From Myxococcota bacterium (GTDB lineage Bacteria; Myxococcota_A; SURF-8; G963663525), in assembly GCA_963676915.2 (NCBI GenBank), contig CAXXVK010000012.1:1-64000 (forward strand): DNA of 64,000 nucleotides. The letters are read 5' to 3'. Positions within the stretch are counted from its first letter, which is position 1, and each line of letters begins with the position of its first letter. The position numbers and the translations under genes are program-made. Positions 51,701 to 59,329 of the stretch are shown here, one piece after another. The notes beneath the pieces were generated by a model that was given only the letters and a program-made list of their open reading frames with translations, was not told the origin of the DNA and did not search any database.

Positions 51701-52435
51701 TGCCAGCACCGCCGCGCCCATACTTCGCTCGATTTCGGGAACCTCTGAAATCGCAATGGCGGAAAATTTCGGCGGACAGGCAAGATAGCAGGCTCCGCAC
51801 TGAATGCAGCGTTCGGAATCGATACGGGCCGTTTCTTTCTTTTTCCATTCGATCGCCCCAACCGGGCAACGGCGGAAACACATGCCGCACTTTTTGCAAA
51901 GGTCCTCATCGACGGTGAACGTCCAGCCGAATGGCGCTTTTCGGAACGCTTCGTCTACTTTTTTATAAGGAATCAACGAAACGTTTTGGCTATTCTTGAA
52001 TGTCGCAGGTTTGACCTTTTTGTCGGGATCTTGCGCGGGAAAATACGGTTTGTGCGTCACGGGACAGACGATCTCGCATTGTCCGCACCCCGTACAAACG
52101 TTGGGATCGACATAGCGCGGACGCTGCACTACTTTGGCTTTAAAATGGCCCATCTCCCCTTCGATGCTCTCCACCTCGCTGAAGGTCAGTAGGTCGATGT
52201 TTTTGTGCCGCCCAAGTTCCACCAGTTTCGGGGAAATGATGCACATCGAGCAATCGTTGGTGGGAAAGGTCTTGTCCAATTGCGCCATGCGACCGCCCAC
52301 GGCGGGAGAATTCTCGACGAGGTATACTTTGAACCCGGCGTTGGCGAGATCCAACGCGCTCTGCATTCCGCTGATACCGCCTCCGACGACGAGTACCGCC
52401 CCTACGGGAGAATGGGAAAACGAAGCGTTGCTCAT
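48788..52435 (-). CDS. hdrA: heterodisulfide reductase subunit A-like flavoprotein (double FAD site, polyferredoxin insert)
   Basis: GGGISG and GGGLAG FAD motifs; DKTFPTNDCSMC; two CxGSR...YCSxVCC motifs; GVFVCHCG; ACSPRTHE; multiple CxxCxxCxxxC. Confidence 0.93.
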   Translation of the reverse strand: MSNASFSHSPVGAVLVVGGGISGMQSALDLANAGFKVYLVENSPAVGGRMAQLDKTFPTNDCSMCIISPKLVELGRHKNIDLLTFSEVESIEGEMGHFKAKVVQRPRYVDPNVCTGCGQCEIVCPVTHKPYFPAQDPDKKVKPATFKNSQNVSLIPYKKVDEAFRKAPFGWTFTVDEDLCKKCGMCFRRCPVGAIEWKKKETARIDSERCIQCGACYLACPPKFSAIAISEVPEIERSMGAAVLARSDRLKKEFETGHDCLRCGLCQMMCDRVMGTGALRLSSEGIEVAKDVCRACGACVSVCPVEFLDITELSDNVPRPLLSEFNERLSPRKPIYIKYPQAVPRVPVIDTESCVQLNTGACGTCQSLCDAKAIDYTQKEIIHELDIGSVILSPGYEMFRAERRAEFGYGVYPNVMTSIEFERLLSASGPTTGKVLRPSDGTHPRKIAWIQCVGSRDVTCDRDYCSSVCCMYATKEAVIAREHDSDIEAAIFYIDLRAFGKNFDAYADRARDHYGVRYVRAMVSRVYDDPVTHDLELRYVDEEGKPTKESFDLVVLSVGVQVSEETKDLAKRLEIDLDRFGFAQTDTFRPLATNRPGFFVSGMFNGPKDIPETVSEASGAAGVAAGNLREARGSLVAKEEFPPERRFDENEEKRIGVFVCHCGINIASVVDVESVVEYAKTLPDVVYADHPLYTCSQDTQEHMRELIAEYGLTHFVVAACSPRTHEPVFQETLRQSGLNRYMFDMANIRDQCSWVHQDQPREATKKAKRLVTMAVANVAQAEPLQDHEFEVNSNVLIIGGGLAGMTAAIEAAKQGFGVYLVEREKNLGGNLRRLRRTVDGLSVSRYLYELMAQIKEYPKIQVFAGSQIVEHSGFVGNFETEIMTPAGVARTVRHGAIIVATGGRESRPELYGLGAFENVLTQLDLEVRIEGDDFKERNPHHVVMIQCAGSRCEEGLSYCSRVCCNQAIKNALRLKMLLPECRVDVLYRDIRSYGHSELHYRKAREAGVNFIRYDAIRNPIEVEVTQDGLTVAVVDPSIRRKLRITPDLLVLSTGVEASENEELASMLRVPRNPQGFFFEAHAKLRPVDFASEGLFLAGMAHGPKSIPETISQAAAAVARAATILSKDKLRMSGVVSKVNPEHCAVCLTCVRACPYGVPFINDKHAAEINPALCQGCGICVSECPAKAITLGRYEDKSIFSKITAFSAREMEQNAP

Positions 52436-53310
52436 GGTGTTCCCTCCTCCATACCGTTGTCACGAGACACGAGACGGGACAACACACCTCCGGCATCGAC
52501 GAGATGCCCTTTCCAAGCTGAAGAGTCGATACGATCGGAAAGAGCGAATTCGATCAATTCGCTCAGGTAGAAAATCGGAATCGGTTTCAGAGATTCATCC
52601 GCTTCCAGCAGATCCAATTGACGCGATTCGAGGTTGGCGTGACACATCGGGCAATCCGTCACAAGGACTTCCGCTCCGGCACGCCGTGCAGCATCCAGAA
52701 TATCACCGACGAGTTGCCGCGAGATATCCGGTCGGGCCATGGTCAGACTTCCGCTGCAACACTCTGTTTTGTGGCTCCACGCCACAGGTTCGGCCTCGAA
52801 CAACGTGACGATTTCTTCCATACGAGTCGGAATTTCAAACTGACTCTCTCCGGTAATTTTCGGGGGGCGCAACGATAAACACCCGTAGTAACAAGCGATT
52901 TTCAATCCTTCCAATCCACGCTGCGCCTTTTCTTTCAGGCGTTCTCTAAGTTCGGGACGATCGAGAAGATTGGAGATATGAACGACCTCGAAAGACGGGT
53001 CATACGCCTCGAATTCCCATTCCAACGGATCTTTTCGAAGCGCGTAATCGGCGGCCTTCAGGCGTTGATAACAGGCCGAACAAGGCACAAGCAGGTCGTG
53101 ACCTTCTTGCGAGGCAATCTCCAGATTCCGCGCCGAAAGTTTCACCGCCAATTCGTGGTTGATCATATGGGCGGACGACGCCCCGCAGCAGTTCCAATCG
53201 TCCAGTTCCACAAGTTCGATGTCCAGCAGTCCGGCGAGGTTCCGTACGGATTCATCGTATTCGCGGGCGGTGCCGGTAAGTGAACAGCCGGGATAGTAGG
53301 TCAGTTTCAT
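52432..53310 (-). CDS. hdrB: heterodisulfide reductase subunit B
   Basis: YYPGC, DWNCCG, CSACY, YYGC, ECCSG, CPMCHANL (two CCG domains); start ATG 53310. Confidence 0.93.
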   Translation of the reverse strand: MKLTYYPGCSLTGTAREYDESVRNLAGLLDIELVELDDWNCCGASSAHMINHELAVKLSARNLEIASQEGHDLLVPCSACYQRLKAADYALRKDPLEWEFEAYDPSFEVVHISNLLDRPELRERLKEKAQRGLEGLKIACYYGCLSLRPPKITGESQFEIPTRMEEIVTLFEAEPVAWSHKTECCSGSLTMARPDISRQLVGDILDAARRAGAEVLVTDCPMCHANLESRQLDLLEADESLKPIPIFYLSELIEFALSDRIDSSAWKGHLVDAGGVLSRLVSRDNGMEEGTP

Positions 53311-53312
53311 GC

Positions 53313-53870
53313 CTACTTCTCCTTTGTCGTGCGAGCAAAGATCTTGCGAACGTCTTTTTTGCCCCGAATCGAGGGAGGAATCAGTTTCAGTTTCCCCTTG
53401 CCGAACATCCGCATTCCCAGTTTGAAATCGCCGAACCAATCGCCGCTACGCAGCTTGTACTCACCGATCATTCCCAACTCGTAGGTTCGACCTCCCCGAC
53501 GCACCGAATGAAGGAACGACCGGTGGAAAGCAACGATGTTCGGTTCGGCGGGTTCATAACCGCGATCCACGGACCATTGGCGCAAAAAGTCCATCGTTCC
53601 GGCGATGTCGATGTCGTTCGGGCATCGCGTCGTACAGGTTTCGCAAGAAGCGCACAACCAGATGGTGTGACTGGTCATCACGTCTTCTTCCATGCCATAC
53701 GCGCACATGCGAATGATTTCCATCGGCAGCAAATCGTAAAACGTCGCCAGCGGACATCCCGCCGAGCAGCGTCCGCATTGATAACAGGCGCTCACGTTCA
53801 ACCCGGCTTCGTCCAGGGCACGCCGGAATTTTTTACTCCCGCTCAACGGGGTTAGTGTCGATTCGTTCAT
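53313..53870 (-). CDS. hdrC: heterodisulfide reductase subunit C
   Basis: CYQCGRCSAGCP and WLCASCETCTTRCP; ATG 53870 overlaps the kinase stop. Confidence 0.93.
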   Translation of the reverse strand: MNESTLTPLSGSKKFRRALDEAGLNVSACYQCGRCSAGCPLATFYDLLPMEIIRMCAYGMEEDVMTSHTIWLCASCETCTTRCPNDIDIAGTMDFLRQWSVDRGYEPAEPNIVAFHRSFLHSVRRGGRTYELGMIGEYKLRSGDWFGDFKLGMRMFGKGKLKLIPPSIRGKKDVRKIFARTTKEK

Positions 53871-55420
53871 CCCGTTTCTCCGGTCTTGCATTGCTCGGTC
53901 ACGGTGAATTTGAGGCTGAATGTTGCGCCTTCACCGGGTTTGGAAGAAAGGTGAATGCTTCCCTTGTGTTCCTTGACGATGGCATAAGAAACGGAAAGCC
54001 CCAGCCCGGTGCCTTCCCCATGCGCCTTGGTTGTGAAAAACGGATCGAAAACCAGCGGCAGGTCTTGCTCGGCGATACCGGGACCATCGTCCTGGATGAT
54101 GATTTCCACGATGTCGCCCTGGCTACGGTGTCGGCTTTGCAGGAAAAGCCTGCCCTTCCCTTCCATCGCCTGAGCGGCATTGACGATGATATTCATGAAC
54201 ACCTGGTTGAGCCGTGCGGCGTTGCCACAGATGTTCGAAAGATCCTGTGCGAGATCGAGTTCGATTCGAATATTGTGAAAAAGAGGCTGTTTTTCCAACA
54301 ATGCCAGAGTTTTGAGCAGTATCTCGTTAAGATCCACGGTGGACATGTCGTAAGAGGTCTGGTGAGAGAACTCCAATAGATCCGTCACGATCACTTTGCA
54401 GCGTTCCGCCTCGTGAATGATCGTTTCCATGTCGGTAGCCAAAGGATGCTCGTCTCCCAGTTCCTCTTTTACGAGATTGGCGTACAACATGATGCCGGAC
54501 ATCGGATTGTTGATTTCGTGAGCCACTCCGGCAGATAAACGACCCAGACCGGCCATTTTCTCGGACTGCTGCAGCATCTGGTAGGTTCGCTCCAGATCTT
54601 CTTCGATTTTCTGGATACCCCGCAGGTCGGTAAAAATTCCGAACGTCGCGATTTCTTTGTCTTTTTCGTAAATAATGCCACCGGAAAAACTCATCGGAAT
54701 CTGGTGGCCGTCCTTGGTGATGGACAGCAATTCATGACGCAACAATCGCCCTTTGCCGCCGTACTCGTTACTGCGCATTCGTTGGATGATTTCGTAAGCA
54801 TCCCCTTCGGGATACAGGCGGGTGACATGCAGACTTCCGATGGCTTCCACCTCGGAATATCCCAAAATCGATTGAGCACCCTGGTTGAACAGGATGATAT
54901 TGCCTTTCATATCGGAGGCGATGATTCCATCCACCGAGGAATCGATCAAATTGCGAAAAAACGTATTGGAACGGATCAATTCGCGTTCGAGTTGCAAGCG
55001 GCGGTCGATGTCGATGAGAATGATACAATAGTAGTCGTATCCCCTTTCAGGAGCTATCGCCACGAATTCCGTGGAACGCATGGCATTGCTGACCTGATTG
55101 CGCAAGCGGATTTCCCGGCGAAACTGATCAGGAGCCTGTTTCGTGGACACAAAACGCACGAGATCGAGCATCAACTTCGGATCGTCGTCTAAAGGCAAAA
55201 GCGAAGGGAGACGAAGTTCCTGAAAACGGTCGAAAGAAAGTCCGGCAAAACGGCAGGCTGCCGGATTGGCGTAGAGGATGCTGTGGTCCTTTCCCACCAC
55301 CAACACCCCGTTGGGTGTCGCTTCGATGATCGTATACAGCACCAGATTCGATCCCATCCGGGAAACGAGTCTCGAAAGGGTGTTGGTCTGTAATTCGCTG
55401 TGGGTCGGTGTTTCGTTCAC
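53867..55420 (-). CDS. cytoplasmic PAS-PAS histidine kinase (NtrB-like)
   Basis: Two PAS domains, AGVAHEINNP, QVFMNIIVNAAQA, DDGPG, FDPFFTTK, GTGLGL; no TM helix; GTG start at 55420. Confidence 0.9.
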   Translation of the reverse strand: MNETPTHSELQTNTLSRLVSRMGSNLVLYTIIEATPNGVLVVGKDHSILYANPAACRFAGLSFDRFQELRLPSLLPLDDDPKLMLDLVRFVSTKQAPDQFRREIRLRNQVSNAMRSTEFVAIAPERGYDYYCIILIDIDRRLQLERELIRSNTFFRNLIDSSVDGIIASDMKGNIILFNQGAQSILGYSEVEAIGSLHVTRLYPEGDAYEIIQRMRSNEYGGKGRLLRHELLSITKDGHQIPMSFSGGIIYEKDKEIATFGIFTDLRGIQKIEEDLERTYQMLQQSEKMAGLGRLSAGVAHEINNPMSGIMLYANLVKEELGDEHPLATDMETIIHEAERCKVIVTDLLEFSHQTSYDMSTVDLNEILLKTLALLEKQPLFHNIRIELDLAQDLSNICGNAARLNQVFMNIIVNAAQAMEGKGRLFLQSRHRSQGDIVEIIIQDDGPGIAEQDLPLVFDPFFTTKAHGEGTGLGLSVSYAIVKEHKGSIHLSSKPGEGATFSLKFTVTEQCKTGETG

Positions 55421-55421
55421 G

Positions 55422-56294
55422 TCAACGTCCGATACGATCCAGGAATTGGGGCAGACGCGCACCCCAGCCAAGCGAATGCAGCACCGCTCCGTCACAGACA
55501 TCTTGGATGTCCCGGTAAAAATCTGCGGCGATCGACAATCCGGCCTCGGCTTTGATTTTGGCGTCCAGCATGTCCTTGAGATATTCGTTGGGAACCGAGG
55601 GCACACCCGCCAGCCCATTGAGGTAACGGATCATTCCCACGGATTTAAGCAACATAAGCGTCGAAAAGACCTTGATTCCGGCTTCCTCCGCTTTGGGAAG
55701 AAACAGGTCGAGGATATTTTTGTCATAGGTAGGTCCAAGTACGATGAAACGAACTCCGTACTCGGCGTAGCGCAGAATATCGTCCGCACGTTTGCGATTG
55801 ATATTGATATCGTCGGACAGATCGAAACCGACGCCAAACGTAAACGCGGTCTTGCCTTCGATCTCTTCGCCACCAAGGTCTTTTCCCAGGTTCAACGCCG
55901 AAAGGCATTGCAGCATGGTTTCCAGCGATAAATCGCCACTCGAACGCACCAACGGTTGGTCCCCCCAATCCGGGTCGATACCTTCCTTGACAACCACGTT
56001 GCGAATTCCCAGCGCCCAGGCGGATAACAGTTCGGCTTGCAGGGAAATGCGGTTGCGGTCGCGCCCATTCATCACGATGACGGGATCTCCCCCGGCTTCG
56101 ATAAGATTTCTGGCGGGAGCCAACGGCGACATACGCATTACGGCATGTTCGCAATCCGTCACGGCCAGAGCATCGACTCGACCTTTGAGACTCGACACTC
56201 TCTCCATAAAAGTATCGAGCAACACGCCTTTGGGTGGATCGACTTCGGAAATCAAGGTGAACGAATCGCGTCGAAGCTGTTCGGCAAAACTCAT
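55422..56294 (-). CDS. degenerate MetF/MTHFR-like protein
   Basis: Aligns with the downstream MetF (EVDPPKG, AVTD, RDRNRISLQ, LKSVGM), but SGDH becomes EGID and QTQ becomes VLG. Confidence 0.85.
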   Translation of the reverse strand: MSFAEQLRRDSFTLISEVDPPKGVLLDTFMERVSSLKGRVDALAVTDCEHAVMRMSPLAPARNLIEAGGDPVIVMNGRDRNRISLQAELLSAWALGIRNVVVKEGIDPDWGDQPLVRSSGDLSLETMLQCLSALNLGKDLGGEEIEGKTAFTFGVGFDLSDDININRKRADDILRYAEYGVRFIVLGPTYDKNILDLFLPKAEEAGIKVFSTLMLLKSVGMIRYLNGLAGVPSVPNEYLKDMLDAKIKAEAGLSIAADFYRDIQDVCDGAVLHSLGWGARLPQFLDRIGR

Positions 56295-56454
56295 CGAGCT
56301 TCCTCCTGCAAAAGTGGATGGGTTAAAAACCGAGCAGGACTCAGATGAGAGTGGAACCGTATTTTCGAGCGCAGATCACCCCGCGTTACTTCCTACAGGA
56401 AAAGCAACGTTCGCTGGAAGGTGGAACTTTCGCGTATTTCAAAATCACTATGTC

Positions 56455-56483
56455 AGGATATCAGGAGAAACCGGTTTCGTCAA
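56455..56483 (-). promoter_or_regulatory. putative sigma70 promoter of the metF-like/hdr/metVF operon
   Basis: TTGACG-N17-TATCCT on the minus strand; the perfect palindrome GAAACCGGTTTC (56467-56478) overlaps the spacer. Confidence 0.5.
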
Positions 56484-56597
56484 GCTTTGTTATATAGGTT
56501 TGAAAATAAATTGCCGGTATTGCAGGAAATAATAAGTAAATGTCTGATTTTTCCACAACATACCAGCCATTACCTGTTACTTTCTATGATATTTCGA

Positions 56598-58178
56598 TCA
56601 GAATCCCTCTTCGTGCATTTTCTCGACGATCCCCCGATAAAATCCCAGGTGGTCGAAATCGCCGGATTTCAACTGCCCGATTTCATCGGCATGATCCGCA
56701 TTGACGTATCCCATGTATGTTCCCCATTGGGCACTATAGACAGGAACCATCCCGTCATTGGGACCATATCCTTCGTCTTCCGGTCCATTCTTGATCAGAT
56801 TGTACGTTAAAGACAACGCGGTGTTGACACGTTCATCGTCGTGTGCATTGCGGCAATCGAAATCTAGCATTCCGCAGGTATATCCCGACCATGACCAATA
56901 GGTTACTCGTTGGTCGTCGGGATGGGCCGGGTTGAATTCCCCTTCCATTTTGGCAATGGAAATCTGCTTGAGTGCTTCACGGATATCGCTTTCGGAACCG
57001 TCGATCAGATTACCGAAAAAGTCGATAATCGACGCTATCACGTCTTCGGAAACGCCCGTTACCGTGCCTAAAATCATATCGCCAAGAATCACGCCTCGGT
57101 TCGGCGTCGCCACCATGGCGAGCAAAGCCACCTCGTGACCATGATCTCTTCCGCTGATGAAAATCCGTGAATCTATGCCTCCCTGACTGTGGGCCAGCAG
57201 GTTCAGCTTTCTCGCACCGGTTTGGGTGAGAATATCCATGAACTGGCCTTCGATTTCGTCGGCGCGGTACTCGGAATTGTTGAACATCGCCGTTTCGGTG
57301 GTATGGATATCATAGCCGTATTCTTTGAGATGATCGGATACCCCATTGAAATAATTCAGCAACCCGAGCGCCGAATCGAATCCTGCCATCCCATGAACGA
57401 GAACCACGGGAAAACGTGTAAACCGACGGTCGCAATTCCCCACGCAGGAAGCATATACCCGGTAACGGCCCGTCGTCTGGTAAGCGGCACCGGACACCAT
57501 CAGCAGATATTCTCCGGAATACGGAAGATCCAGTTCGTAATCGATAATTTTGGGATTGCCTTCGCTATCTTCCTGGGACGTGTTGTCGTACAGCCAGACA
57601 GGCGCTTTACGTCCCGATGCTCCGGCGATATCGGTCAGCATGATCCGTCCCCGCAACGGATTCCCCGCCGTATTTCTCGGTTCGAGACGTATTTTGATGC
57701 GCATATCCGCACCACCGGCGATAAAAAACGCATCCGTTTGGCAATTTTCGGTAATTTCTCCGAAATATTCCCACCCGCTTTCACGAAATGTCGGGGTTGC
57801 CACCTCGGTAAACAATTCGAAAGGTTCGGTTCTCCACGTACAGACTCTTGCAGGCTCTTCCTCTTCGGCCTCTTCCTCGATTTCTTCCTCGTACTCGGGA
57901 GCCATTTCTTCTTCTTCCGGTTCGTCCTCGACCACAGGTTCCTCGTCGAGATCCGCCGGAGGAAGTTCCTCATCGAATTCGCCCGCCTCTTCCTCTTCAA
58001 CTTCCGAAAGGATATCCTCTTCCGGTTCCTCGTCGGCCTGTTCTGCCGGAAGATCGATATCCGTATCTCCGTTTCCATCCAGTGAGCCGGTCGAGCCGGA
58101 GGAATCACACCCCCACGCCAGCATTGCGATCCATAGCAGGAAAAACGCCCATCCCTTCCATGTCGATCCAATATTCAT
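56598..58178 (-). CDS. triacylglycerol lipase-like lipoprotein with acidic linker
   Basis: Lipobox AWGC; E-rich linker; PVVLVHG, AHSQGG, TPNRG, NDGMV, ADHADEIG. Confidence 0.9.
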   Translation of the reverse strand: MNIGSTWKGWAFFLLWIAMLAWGCDSSGSTGSLDGNGDTDIDLPAEQADEEPEEDILSEVEEEEAGEFDEELPPADLDEEPVVEDEPEEEEMAPEYEEEIEEEAEEEEPARVCTWRTEPFELFTEVATPTFRESGWEYFGEITENCQTDAFFIAGGADMRIKIRLEPRNTAGNPLRGRIMLTDIAGASGRKAPVWLYDNTSQEDSEGNPKIIDYELDLPYSGEYLLMVSGAAYQTTGRYRVYASCVGNCDRRFTRFPVVLVHGMAGFDSALGLLNYFNGVSDHLKEYGYDIHTTETAMFNNSEYRADEIEGQFMDILTQTGARKLNLLAHSQGGIDSRIFISGRDHGHEVALLAMVATPNRGVILGDMILGTVTGVSEDVIASIIDFFGNLIDGSESDIREALKQISIAKMEGEFNPAHPDDQRVTYWSWSGYTCGMLDFDCRNAHDDERVNTALSLTYNLIKNGPEDEGYGPNDGMVPVYSAQWGTYMGYVNADHADEIGQLKSGDFDHLGFYRGIVEKMHEEGF

Positions 58179-58384
58179 GATTCGCTTAACCCTTCGAATC
58201 GTTGAAACTTGCTGAATTTTTCGCGATTTTTCAATTATTTCTCAGTAAAAATTGAGTTTACTTCAAAAGTTGTCATTTCGTCCAATTTTGTTCTCAGTCC
58301 CTTCATTTTTCTACAAATGAAATTTCGTAGCTTTGCGTCTGGAGTCGTGCTAGTTTCCGTCGGCTTCGATGGAGATTGTGCCTG

Positions 58385-59110
58385 ATGGATATCATTATTT
58401 TGTCGCTGATTGTCTTCGTCGCTTACGGCATCGGTGCAACCACCGGTTTCGGCGGGTCGATTCTTGCCTTGACGCTTGCCGCTCACTTTTTTCCTTTAGG
58501 GGACATGGTAGCCATCGTTGTCCCACTCAATGTCACGGCTACACTTTACCTGGCTTTGCGCTACCACAAACACACGGATATCCGTCTGCTTTTCCGTTAT
58601 ATTCTGCCGTTTACGGCTCTAGGGTTGCCGGTTGGATTGGTGATATTCAACATGGTGGAAACCAACCATCTCAAATTGCCCTTCGGTTTGTTCGTTTCCT
58701 CGCTGGCGTTATGGGAGTTGATTCGGCATGTACGCTCAAACGGAAACGGAAACAAAACCACAACACCGCTTTGGTTGCTGGCAGGTGGAACGATCCACGG
58801 ATTGTGGGCCAGCGGAGGGCCGTTGATCGTCTATTGGGTGGGGCGCAATCTGACAGACAAACACCGCTTTCGCGCCACTCTGATAGGAATGTGGGTGCTG
58901 CTCGATGCGTCCATGCTGGTTAGTCACATCTGCACCGGAAAGATCGACATGCGAACGGGCATGGATTCCCTGTGCCTGTTACCGGCTTTGGCAGTGGCAA
59001 CGGCTTGTGGCGAACTGCTGCATGGAAAACTGAACGAATTCGCCTTTCGGCTTGTCGTTTTTACGGTGCTGTTTCTTGCAGGAGCTTCCGTGGTATTCCA
59101 CGAGATCTAA
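58385..59110 (+). CDS. TauE/SafE (TSUP) family membrane protein
   Basis: GATTGFGG and G..HG..ASGGP repeats; about 8 TM helices. Confidence 0.85.
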   Translation: MDIIILSLIVFVAYGIGATTGFGGSILALTLAAHFFPLGDMVAIVVPLNVTATLYLALRYHKHTDIRLLFRYILPFTALGLPVGLVIFNMVETNHLKLPFGLFVSSLALWELIRHVRSNGNGNKTTTPLWLLAGGTIHGLWASGGPLIVYWVGRNLTDKHRFRATLIGMWVLLDASMLVSHICTGKIDMRTGMDSLCLLPALAVATACGELLHGKLNEFAFRLVVFTVLFLAGASVVFHEI

Positions 59111-59329
59111 GTCTTTTGGAGTATTTATGCCAAATTCTTTGATTCGAAACTCCTCCCGCTCTCTCTCCACAAACGATTTTTCGAAAACATACCTCTTTTC
59201 GAATGAAAATCTTTCGTTTTTCTGAACCTTTTTGGTATTCTTTGTGGAGTTTTGACGCATGAAAAATCAAAAAGGAAATTCAAACTCCTTTTCGGGATTT
59301 GAAGAGGTTTCACCTTGGAGGAATACGCA

